From the NCBI GenBank assembly GCA_963826515.1, contig CAWGXI010000005.1:193610-257609 (forward strand): a stretch of DNA of 64,000 nucleotides. The letters are read 5' to 3'. Positions 30,321 through 38,524 of the stretch are shown one piece after another. Origin of the DNA: an uncultured Actinomycetota bacterium. GTDB taxonomy: Bacteria > Actinomycetota > Actinomycetes > Streptosporangiales > Streptosporangiaceae. The position numbers and the translations under genes are program-made. The stretch's first letter is position 1; every line of letters begins with the position of its first letter. Under the pieces are notes generated by a model that saw only the letters and a list, made by a program, of their open reading frames with translations, was not told the DNA's origin and did not search any database.

Positions 30321-31772
30321 GCACCCCTGCGGCCCAGGCGCTCTGGCCGTTAATGGAGCAGGTTTTCCGCGGATCGCCCCCGGTACGGCTGCGCGCCTGG
30401 GACGGCAGCGAAGCGGGGGCCGGTCACGCCCCCACCGTCGTGCTGCGCTCGCGCCGCGCGCTCCGGTACCTGCTGTGGAGCCCGGCCGAGCTCGGCCTGG
30501 CACGCGCCTACGTTAGCGGCGACCCTCGACGTGGATGGTGACCTCGCCGAAGGGCTCAGGCGGTGCTGGCACGCGGTGCGCGAACGCGGCCTCAAGGGCG
30601 CCGGACTGCCGTGGCGGCAGCGGCTCGATGCCGGGAGGCTGGCGCTGCGGCTGGGCGTCGCAGGACCGCGGCCGCGCCCTCCGGCCGCAGAAGCCCGGCT
30701 GGCCGGGCGGTTGCACACGCGGGCCAGGGACCGCGCCGCGATCGCACACCACTACGACCTGTGCAACGACTTCTACGCACTCATCCTCGGCTCATCGATG
30801 GCGTACTCGTGCGCCTACTGGACAAGCGAGCCGCCCGGCTACGGCCTCGACGACGCCCAGCGCGACAAGCTAGCGCTGATCTGCCGCAAGCTCCGCCTCC
30901 AACCGGGCATGCGACTGCTCGACATCGGGTGCGGATGGGGATCTCTTGCTGTGCACGCCGCCCGCGCCCATGGCGCCCACGTAACCGCGGTGACGCTGTC
31001 CCGGCAGCAGGCCGCCCTCGCCCGGGCCAGGGCCGGCCAGCCGAAGACCGCGCAGGTGAAGGCCACGCCGGCCAAGACCGCAAAGATGACGGCCAACACG
31101 GCGCGGATGACGCCCGACACCGCGAAGATGATGGCCGACACCGCGAAGACGGCGGCCGACACCGCGAAGACGGCGGGTGCCGGCGCTGAAGATGGCAGCG
31201 TCGAGGTGCGCCTGCAGGACTACCGTGAGATGAGCGGCGGGCCCTACGACGCCATTGCCTCGATCGAGATGGGCGAGCATGTCGGGGCGGAAGGCTACGA
31301 GGCCTTCGCCCGCGGGATCCGCCGGCTGCTCCGCCCCGGCGGCCGGGTACTCATCCAGCAGATGTCACGGCGCACGGACACCGCGCCAGGCGGTGGCCCA
31401 TTCATCGAGACCTACATCGCGCCCGACATGCACATGCGGCCGCTGGGCGCCACGATCCAGTTGATCGAGGACGCCGGCCTTGAAGTGCGCGACGTGCAGA
31501 GCCTTCGAGAACACTACGTGCGCACCATCCGCGCCTGGCACGACGTCCTCGAACGTCAGTGGGATCAGGCGGTCGCGCTGATCGGCGAGGAGCAGGCGCG
31601 GGTGTGGCGGCTTTACCTGGCGGGCGGGGCGCTGGCCTTCGCGGAGGGGCGGATGGGCGTCGACCAGATCCTGGCAGTACGGCCACGAGCTGACGGCGAT
31701 CGCCGTTTGCCGGCGGTGCGCGGCAAGATGCCGGCCATGCCTGGTGACACTCCGCGGGTAAAGAGCCCGTGA
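30317..31772 (+). pseudogene. second CFA-synthase-family methyltransferase, frameshifted near 30518
   Basis: From GTG 30317 (GTGA overlap) the frame reads ...LRYLLWSPAELGLARAYVSGDPRRGW*. The next frame continues (L)DVDGDLAEGL...HHYDLCNDFYALILGSSMAYSCAYW...LLDIGCGWGSLA. An extra C in gaCCCtc explains the shift. Also carries a 50-aa (K/T)TA(K/D)-rich repeat insertion. Confidence 0.8.
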
Positions 31773-32557
31773 TGTTGGGCTGGTGCCTGGCCGCCAGCGC
31801 CGGGGTCGTTGCGGCCGTCATGGCGGCGACCTTCGCTATCGCCGTCGCGCAGAAGAAGCACCGGGTGATCGACGTCGCCTGGGGACTCGGTTTCGCCGCC
31901 GTCGCGCTTGCCGCGTACAGGATCTCCGCAGGCCACGGTGACGGCGGGCGGCGGTTGCTGGTCGCAACATTGACGGTGATCTGGGGCGTCCGCCTGGCGG
32001 CTCACATCGCCCGGCGCGCCTGGGGGCAAGGTGAAGATCCACGCTATGCGGAGTTGCTGAGCCGCGCCAAAGGCAGCCGCGATATCTACGCGCTACGGAC
32101 CGTGTATCTCACCCAGGGTGCCGTCATGTGGTTCGTCTCGCTGCCTGTACAGGTCGCGTGCTTCGAAAGGGCGCCACTTGGGCCGCTCGCCTGGCTAGGC
32201 ACTGCTGTGTGGCTGATTGGTTTCGGCTTCGAGGCGGCCGGTGACGCGCAACTCGCGCGTTTCAAGCATGACCCGGCGAACCGGAGCAAGGTTATGGATC
32301 GTGGGCTGTGGCACTATACCCGTCATCCAAATTACTTCGGTGATGCCTGCGTGTGGTGGGGCCTGTACCTCATTGCCTGCGACCATTGGACCGGTGCGCT
32401 CACTATCCTCTCGCCCGTGCTCATGACCTACTTCCTCGCTTTCGGCACAGGCAAGCCGCTGCTCGAGAAGGGAATGGCCAGCACGCGTCCTGGTTACGTC
32501 GAGTACGCGCGCCGTACCAGCGGGTTCTTCCCGCTCCCGCCAAGGAAGAGCACATAG
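31769..32557 (+). CDS. DUF1295 (steroid 5-alpha-reductase / ICMT-like) membrane protein
   Basis: Multi-TM protein with GLWHYTRHPNYFGDACVWWGLY. ATGA overlap with the upstream gene. Confidence 0.85.
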   Translation: MMLGWCLAASAGVVAAVMAATFAIAVAQKKHRVIDVAWGLGFAAVALAAYRISAGHGDGGRRLLVATLTVIWGVRLAAHIARRAWGQGEDPRYAELLSRAKGSRDIYALRTVYLTQGAVMWFVSLPVQVACFERAPLGPLAWLGTAVWLIGFGFEAAGDAQLARFKHDPANRSKVMDRGLWHYTRHPNYFGDACVWWGLYLIACDHWTGALTILSPVLMTYFLAFGTGKPLLEKGMASTRPGYVEYARRTSGFFPLPPRKST

Positions 32558-32655
32558 CCGACCGTCGTATTGACACGTCGAGCGCTGGCTACGCAGCCCC
32601 TGGCCGAACCGCACTGGGCTGCTGGCGGGCAGCTGGCCGGGCACAGCTCGCCCGC

Positions 32656-33612
32656 TCAGTCCAGATGGTGCCGCAGCCGCAGGTCCGCAGGGAAAGGCTC
32701 GAAGTAGGTCTGCTCGCCCAGGTACGTCATCGTCTCGCCGGCGGCATGATGGTGCAGCAGCGCGATCGGGACGCTGAGCGGAACCTCCCCGCGCCGGTAT
32801 CCCTCGAAAACGGCGCCGATGTCATCCCGCCTGACATCGTCAAGGGCCTCACTGATCTGGCTGAAGGCGTGCTGCAGGGCGTTGACGTGACGGCCGCGGG
32901 TGGCCCTGGCGGCCATTGCCTCGCTGAAGATGACGCTGTAGCCGGCCCGCAGCTTCTCCGGTGCCTGAGTACCGGCTGCTGCGACCAGCCGGCCTGCCTC
33001 GCGGTATCGGGCCGGGTCGTGTGCCAGCAGCTGCAGCTTGTGGCGGGCATGGAAAGCGATGAGGTCGGCCGACCGCCATGACTCAGCGAACAACAGCCGC
33101 AAGCGAGCGTGCGCGAAGATCCTCTCAATGAACTCCTCGCGCAGCCGCGCGTCGTTCAGCCGTCCGTCGTCTTCCACCGGAAGCAGCGGCGCAGCATCGG
33201 CGAACGCGGCGGCGAATAGGCCGCGCCCGCCACGATCGGTGACCTGATCATCGCGATACCGCTTGATGCCACGAAGGCCGCAGCTCGGGGACCCCGACTT
33301 GAACACGTATCCGTCGATGGCGGCAAGTTCGGCGCCGCGGCGGGCGGCAAGCGCTTGAACCGCCTCGGTGTGATCGGAGCTGCCGGCTCTGGACATGAGC
33401 CGGGTCCGACCACCCTCGGCAACCAGGCGCAGCGTCTCGCGCGGCGCGCCAAGTCCGATCTCGATCTCCGGGCAGACCGCTGCCCAGTCCACGTGGCGGC
33501 CAAGTTCGCGGGTGAGGAAGCGATCCCTGCTGTGTCCTCCGTTGAAGCGCACCGGGACGCCGAGCAGGCAACTGGACACACCCACCCTCGGTCTCACCGG
33601 CACCCCGTTCAC
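32656..33612 (-). CDS. DUF523 plus DUF1722 (YbgA-like) fusion protein
   Basis: VGVSSCLLGVPVRFNGGHS (DUF523) and C-terminal ...HARHKLQLLAHDPARYREAGRLVA... (DUF1722). The GTG start overlaps the sigma-factor stop (GTGA). Confidence 0.8.
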   Translation of the reverse strand: MNGVPVRPRVGVSSCLLGVPVRFNGGHSRDRFLTRELGRHVDWAAVCPEIEIGLGAPRETLRLVAEGGRTRLMSRAGSSDHTEAVQALAARRGAELAAIDGYVFKSGSPSCGLRGIKRYRDDQVTDRGGRGLFAAAFADAAPLLPVEDDGRLNDARLREEFIERIFAHARLRLLFAESWRSADLIAFHARHKLQLLAHDPARYREAGRLVAAAGTQAPEKLRAGYSVIFSEAMAARATRGRHVNALQHAFSQISEALDDVRRDDIGAVFEGYRRGEVPLSVPIALLHHHAAGETMTYLGEQTYFEPFPADLRLRHHLD

Positions 33613-34137
33613 GCAGCTAGCAACTCCCCCAGGCGCCGCAGCCCCCGCGCGGTCCTCGCCTTGATCGTACCCAGCGGGACGTCCAGGGACTCCGCGATCT
33701 CCCGTTGAGTGAGGTCACCGAAGTAGGCCAGCCTGATCGCCAGTTCCTGAGCCTGTGGCAGCACGGCGAGCGCCTGTCCCACATCGTGGGCCTGGTCAAT
33801 CCGGTCCGCCGCGGAGGGAACGGACGCGAGAGCCTGGCCCGAAAGCCTCGTCGAGCGGGAGGGTCACCCGGTGGCGGGCCCGAAGGTGGTCGATGGCCCG
33901 CATGCGGGCGATGCCAAGCACCCAGCCTTCGAGGCTGCGCGCAGGATCGTAGCGGTCACGGCACCGCCAAAGCTCGATGAGGACGATCTGGATCACGTCG
34001 TCGACGTCGTCAGGCGGTACGCGCCGGCGAAGGTACCGACGGAGCAGCGGGCAGAGCGCGGCAAAACACTCGGCTAGATCCGTCTCGTCACCGTGCGCAA
34101 GTTTCGCGCCGAGAGATCCATGTTCTGCGCCGTCCAT
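33609..34137 (-). pseudogene. ECF (group 4) sigma-70 factor, frameshifted between regions 2 and 4
   Basis: ORF 33796-34137 holds region 2 (DVDDVIQIVLIELWRCRDRYDP...LEGWVLGIARMRAIDHLR). Region 4 (LAVLPQAQELAIRLAYFGDLTQREIAESLDVPLGTIKARTARGLRRLGELLAA*) is in the +1 frame and ends at 33609. An extra G in ttcGGGcc (plus-strand ccc 33838-33840) explains the shift. Confidence 0.8.
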
Positions 34138-34489
34138 CGGGCCCCCTCGTGCCGGTGTGAGCGTTCGCGTCCCACACCGGAATAAAACACATCATGTCAC
34201 AACATGTATCGTCTCTACCTGCTACTTCTTAGAGGAAATCTACTCGAAAGTTATTCATTAGTGCAAGCCGCCCAGGACGGGATCTAGTTGTGACTTGCCA
34301 CACCGGCGGGTTGCGGACCGTGCCGGTTACCGGCAGCAAGGACCGCCTACCCGCCGGACGGCCATCCCGGTGCCCCGCTCGGTGCTGCGATCCCGCGGTG
34401 GCCGGCCACACCGCGAAGCGGCCCGGACCGGCCGCGAAGCGGCCCGGCAACCCGGCCGCGCGCGATTGCCGCCCGGCAACCGGCCGCAT

Positions 34490-34640
34490 GGGACGGGGCG
34501 CGGCAACCGGCCGCGCGGGGTGCGGGCGGGCAACCGGCCACGCCGGGTACGGGCGGGCAACCGGCCACGCCGGGTACGGGCGGGCAACCGGCCACGCCGG
34601 GTGCGGGCGGGCAACCGGCCACGCGGGTGCGGGCGGCGTG
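34490..34640. repeat. 27-bp tandem repeat, about 4-5 copies (intergenic)
   Basis: gggcgggcaaccggccacgccgggtac repeated, with degenerate flanking copies. Confidence 0.85.
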
Positions 34641-34689
34641 ACAGGTCACAGCTCAGCGCGCAGGGCGGTCAGCCGCGCTGTGCGCGCCG

Positions 34690-34752
34690 AAGCAGAGAGA
34701 AAGAGAAGCAGAGAAAGAGAAGCAGAGAAAAGAGAAGCAGAGAAAGAAGGGC
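34690..34752. repeat. A/G-rich 14-bp repeat tract (polypurine/polypyrimidine)
   Basis: aagcagagagaaagagaagcagagaaagagaagcagagaaaagagaagcagagaaagaaggg. Purine runs of 13-16 nt are separated by single C. Extreme composition outlier for this window. Confidence 0.9.
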
Positions 34753-34753
34753 C

Positions 34754-35770
34754 TCAGCCTGCGCCGAGAGCCATCATGACGGCGTTGACCGCGTCGGAAA
34801 GGGTCTGCACGGTCTCGATCCCCGACGGCATCTGGTGGCGGTTCCAGCCCGGGCCGCCGACGATCACCTGGATCGCCGGACGCAGGGCTGGCAGATCGGC
34901 CAATGGCTCCGCTGCACCGGTCGCTGTGGTCTGCGACCACAAGAAAACGGCCACAGGACCGAGCCGGCGGACTGCGTCCGCAAGTGCGTGGTAGGGGACC
35001 CTGGCGCCGAGCACGCGAGTGGCGGCATGCCTTTTGGCAAGGGCCGCGGCGAGCGCGTACAGCGCCAAGGTGTGCTGTTCCTCCGGGGCGCAGGCGAGCA
35101 GTACCGGGCGCGCGTTGACTGCTTCGCCCGGCCGGGTGGCGACGGCGGAAAGCGTGGCAAGTGCGGACCAGGTGAGCAGATGTTCGATCTCGACGCAGCG
35201 CCCACTTGACGAATAACGTTCGCCGAGCCCGGTAAGGACAGGGACCAGCATGTTGTCCCAGGTCCAGACGACACCCCGGCGGCGAAGTGCGGCCCGGATT
35301 AGTTCCCGGGTGGTTGGCTCGTCCATGGCCATCGCCGCGCGGGACAGCGCGCGCGCCTCCGCCGTCGCACCGGGCACCGCCAGCCGGTTCCCGCCGGAAC
35401 CGGCCGCCTGACGACGCCTCCTTGGCAGGGGCACGCCTATGCCGGGCACGCCTGTGCCAGTACGCGGCCGCCCAGTCACGGGTGACCCAGGCACCGGTGA
35501 CCCAGGCACCGGTGACCCAGGCACCGGTGCGCCCAGGCCGGCCTCGAGGGCCGTGCGCGCCGCCTCCGCTGGCGGGAGACCATTCAGGATCAGGCGATGC
35601 ATTATTTCGAGCCGGGCTACGTCAACGGCGTCGTAGCGACGGTGGTGTCCCTCGCTACGCCGGCTAGGCCCGATTCCGTAGCGGCGGTCCCAGGTACGCA
35701 GCGTGGACGTGGCCACGCCGAGGCGCCGCGCGACCGCGCCCACACCGAACCCGGGGCTGGCGCTCTCCAT
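34754..35770 (-). CDS. MerR-family regulator with C-terminal cobalamin-binding-type domain (LitR/CarH-like)
   Basis: N-terminal MerR HTH (VGAVARRLGVATSTLRTWDRRYG...HRRY). C-terminal W...IEH helix-bundle motif, PEEQHTLAL (E-x-H type B12 ligand motif) and VIVGGPG. A GSPVP x4 linker repeat. Start at internal ATG 35770 (track start 35824). Confidence 0.75.
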   Translation of the reverse strand: MESASPGFGVGAVARRLGVATSTLRTWDRRYGIGPSRRSEGHHRRYDAVDVARLEIMHRLILNGLPPAEAARTALEAGLGAPVPGSPVPGSPVPGSPVTGRPRTGTGVPGIGVPLPRRRRQAAGSGGNRLAVPGATAEARALSRAAMAMDEPTTRELIRAALRRRGVVWTWDNMLVPVLTGLGERYSSSGRCVEIEHLLTWSALATLSAVATRPGEAVNARPVLLACAPEEQHTLALYALAAALAKRHAATRVLGARVPYHALADAVRRLGPVAVFLWSQTTATGAAEPLADLPALRPAIQVIVGGPGWNRHQMPSGIETVQTLSDAVNAVMMALGAG

Positions 35771-35957
35771 GACCTCCCCAGTGAAGAACCTGCTCTCACA
35801 ATTCTTGCGGAAATGATCAAGCAAACGGTTGCATCCCGCGACCGACGCTACAAATCAGCTGATTCACTCGCACGCAGGTCTGCCGAATCGACGCCCCGGC
35901 CGAGACGGGCACCGCCACGATCAAGAACACCGCTGACCACGCCGACGTGCAGCATGG

Positions 35958-37244
35958 CTACCAGCGGAACCCGGCCACCATGACGTGGCCGCGAGCGCCC
36001 GCCAACGGGTTGAAATACGAGAGGACTAACTCGGTCCGCGTGCTGAGCTCCGGATGCCCGATTATCGCGCGGCAGAAGTTCGCGTAGCCACCACCCACCC
36101 GGCACGGGACGCGCCCGGATCTGATCCGTCGCCAGGGGCCGGCCGGTGCCCGCGACTCGTACACGGTGAAGCCGCCACCGATGTCTGTCTGCTCGACGAG
36201 GATGAACTGGCGCCCCGCAGCAGAGAAGTCGGCCACGCTCACGGCGGACGGTCTCGCTCCGGCGATGATCGATGTCGCCGCAGCGGCGTCAGGCGTCCAC
36301 GGGCCCAATGAGCCGCCGATCCACCATTGGTAGCGAAACGGATCGGCCCAATCGAGCGGGCTGGCGGCCACCCGCGCTTCGAACACCGTCCCCGTTGCGC
36401 ATCTTCCGAATGCCAGATCCGTGCACGTGGGGCCGAACAGGTACAGATAAGGACCGGAGAAGACCGGCGAGCCAAGCAGCTTGGCTGACGCCGCGATGCT
36501 GAGATCAACACTGGCGAACACCGTTACCTCGTTGCTCAGCGTGCCCGTGGCGGGATCGTATTCGACCAGGCCGAAGCCCTCGGGCAGGAAGCCGCCTGCT
36601 CCACTCAGCACGCAGTAGTTGTTGAAAGCGATGAGCAGGTCATTCGACGACGGCATCCGGGTGACCCCGCTGACCCACGACGTGGCGTAACCGCCGCCGT
36701 AGCCACAAGGCAGGCCGGTCAATGTGACGAGCCCGGTGGGTGCGGGCAGGAATGGTGCAGGTCCGCGACTGCCGGGCACTGCGCCGTTCGCGGTGCCCGG
36801 CGTCGTGCCCGGCGCGCCAAGCTCGCTCAGCCGACCTGGCACGCGTACCGCCGCGCCCGGCCGCGCTACGGTTGGACTCACCGCGGCCGTCGAACCACTG
36901 ATGAACTGCTTGAGCGCCCAGCTGAGGTGGCCGCTCGCGTCCGGCTTGCGTACGTACACGGGCGTATCGCAGAACAACCAGAGGCTGCGCCGTGGGCTGG
37001 CCGGCAGCGGCTGGCTATAACCACAATCGCGGGCCAGGCTGGCGTCACCCGAGCGCTCAAACCGGGACATGACCTGGACAGGCGCCAGCGTGCCGGGCTT
37101 GCTCCGCGGGCCGCAGGACGTCGGCACCGCGAGCAGCACCGCGACGAGTATGACCAGGACCAGACGGCGGCCGGGACTGCCGCCCGGACGGCAGCGACGC
37201 CAGCACAGAAGTGGGCGGCCGGTCCCGGGGTGAGGCACCGTCAT
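35958..37244 (-). CDS. putative lipoprotein / secreted hypothetical protein
   Basis: 428 aa. Signal peptide with lipobox (LLAVPTSC). High GC3. ATGA coupling to the upstream small HTH gene. No family recognised with confidence. Confidence 0.65.
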   Translation of the reverse strand: MTVPHPGTGRPLLCWRRCRPGGSPGRRLVLVILVAVLLAVPTSCGPRSKPGTLAPVQVMSRFERSGDASLARDCGYSQPLPASPRRSLWLFCDTPVYVRKPDASGHLSWALKQFISGSTAAVSPTVARPGAAVRVPGRLSELGAPGTTPGTANGAVPGSRGPAPFLPAPTGLVTLTGLPCGYGGGYATSWVSGVTRMPSSNDLLIAFNNYCVLSGAGGFLPEGFGLVEYDPATGTLSNEVTVFASVDLSIAASAKLLGSPVFSGPYLYLFGPTCTDLAFGRCATGTVFEARVAASPLDWADPFRYQWWIGGSLGPWTPDAAAATSIIAGARPSAVSVADFSAAGRQFILVEQTDIGGGFTVYESRAPAGPWRRIRSGRVPCRVGGGYANFCRAIIGHPELSTRTELVLSYFNPLAGARGHVMVAGFRW

Positions 37245-37450
37245 GGGCAGCCAGTGTCGTCCAGGCCCGGCTCGATCGCGTACCCGACCAGGTCTACGCG
37301 ATTGTGCAGTTGCAGCTTGCCGCGCGTGTTCTGCACGTGGTTCTGGACGGTCAGGTGCGGCAACGCAAGGCGCTGTGCCATCTGCTTATGGGACACGCTT
37401 TTCGCGACCATCCGCACGCGCACCTGTCCCGGTGACCCGGGATGTGCCAT
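37241..37450 (-). CDS. small stand-alone LuxR/GerE-type HTH protein (69 aa)
   Basis: ...SPGQVRVRMVAKSVSHKQMAQRLALPHLTVQNHVQNTRGKLQLHNRVDLVGYAIEPGL matches the GerE/LuxR C-terminal HTH. Its stop overlaps the ATG of the next gene. The ATG at 37450 lies inside the palindrome (the track ORF extends to GTG 37516). Confidence 0.5.
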   Translation of the reverse strand: MAHPGSPGQVRVRMVAKSVSHKQMAQRLALPHLTVQNHVQNTRGKLQLHNRVDLVGYAIEPGLDDTGCP

Positions 37451-37492
37451 CGCGGGTCGTATATGACCCGCGATGGCACATCCCGGGTCACC
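37431..37492. repeat. perfect inverted repeat, 28-bp arms and 6-nt spacer
   Basis: ggtgacccgggatgtgccatcgcgggtc gtatat gacccgcgatggcacatcccgggtcacc. The arms are exact reverse complements. Confidence 0.95.
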
Positions 37493-37632
37493 AGCCACGT
37501 CACTACTCCTGGTCACGGGCGGCCGCCTCGCTCCTGGCCGTCTCGCCGCCGGCCGGCCCGGCCCCGGCTATGTTGCCCTCAGCGCCGGGCGTGACCGCGT
37601 CGCTCGCCGCGCCGGGACTACTGTCACTGGGC

Positions 37633-38355
37633 TCACTCCCCGCCGGGTCCGCTCACGGCCGCCTGGCGCTTACGTGCAGCCTGAAGCTCCGCCTTGGCCT
37701 GCTGAGCGTACTTGTCCACGTACTCCTGCCCGGATAGCTCCATGAGCGCGTACATGATCTCGTCGGTGACCGCCCGGAGGACCATGCGGTCCGATTCCAT
37801 GTCGTAGTAGCGGGAGAAGTCGAGAGCCTCGCCAAACCGTACCCCCGGGCGGATCCGCAGGTTGGGCCAGACCCGACCCGGAGGCTGCATCTCGAAGGTG
37901 CCCACCATCGCGGCGGGGACCACGGGGGCACGGCCTTCGAGTGCGAGCCTGGCGACGCCGGTCTTGCCCCGGTAGAGCCTGCCGTCAGGCGAGCGCGTGC
38001 CCTCAGGGTAGATGCCGAGCACCTTTCCCTCCGCGAGCACCCGCAGTCCCGTGCGCAGTGAACGCTCACTCGCCAGCCCGCCACCGCGGTCAACCGGGAT
38101 CTGGCCGATGCCACGGAAGAACGCCTTGCTCACGATGCCCTTGAGCCCAGAACCTGTGAAGTACTCAGCTTTGGCGAGGAAGATCACCTTCCGCGGCAGC
38201 GGCAGCGGCCCGAAGAAGTGGTCGGAAAAGGACAGGTGGTTGCTCGCCACGATCGCCGGGCCCTCGCGAGGGAGGTTCTCTGTTCCCTCTGCCCACGGTC
38301 GGAAGACGATCCTGAGGATCGGCCTCAAGATCACTTTCACCAGCCCGTAGAACAA
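37633..38355 (-). CDS. plsC: 1-acyl-sn-glycerol-3-phosphate acyltransferase
   Basis: NHLSFSDH (HX4D) and YPEGTRS motifs. Confidence 0.88.
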   Translation of the reverse strand: MFYGLVKVILRPILRIVFRPWAEGTENLPREGPAIVASNHLSFSDHFFGPLPLPRKVIFLAKAEYFTGSGLKGIVSKAFFRGIGQIPVDRGGGLASERSLRTGLRVLAEGKVLGIYPEGTRSPDGRLYRGKTGVARLALEGRAPVVPAAMVGTFEMQPPGRVWPNLRIRPGVRFGEALDFSRYYDMESDRMVLRAVTDEIMYALMELSGQEYVDKYAQQAKAELQAARKRQAAVSGPGGE

Positions 38356-38524
38356 CCCGGCCTCCTCACCGTGGAACCACCCGTCTGCATCTTGCCACCA
38401 GGGACGTGGCAGTTCCTACCTGTGCCAGGCGCACACGTTGTCACGCGCCGCCCGCCCCCGTCGCGTGAATGATCCTCGCATGCGACGATGCCAGTCAGGT
38501 GATGTGCGAAAGCGAGGGATACCC

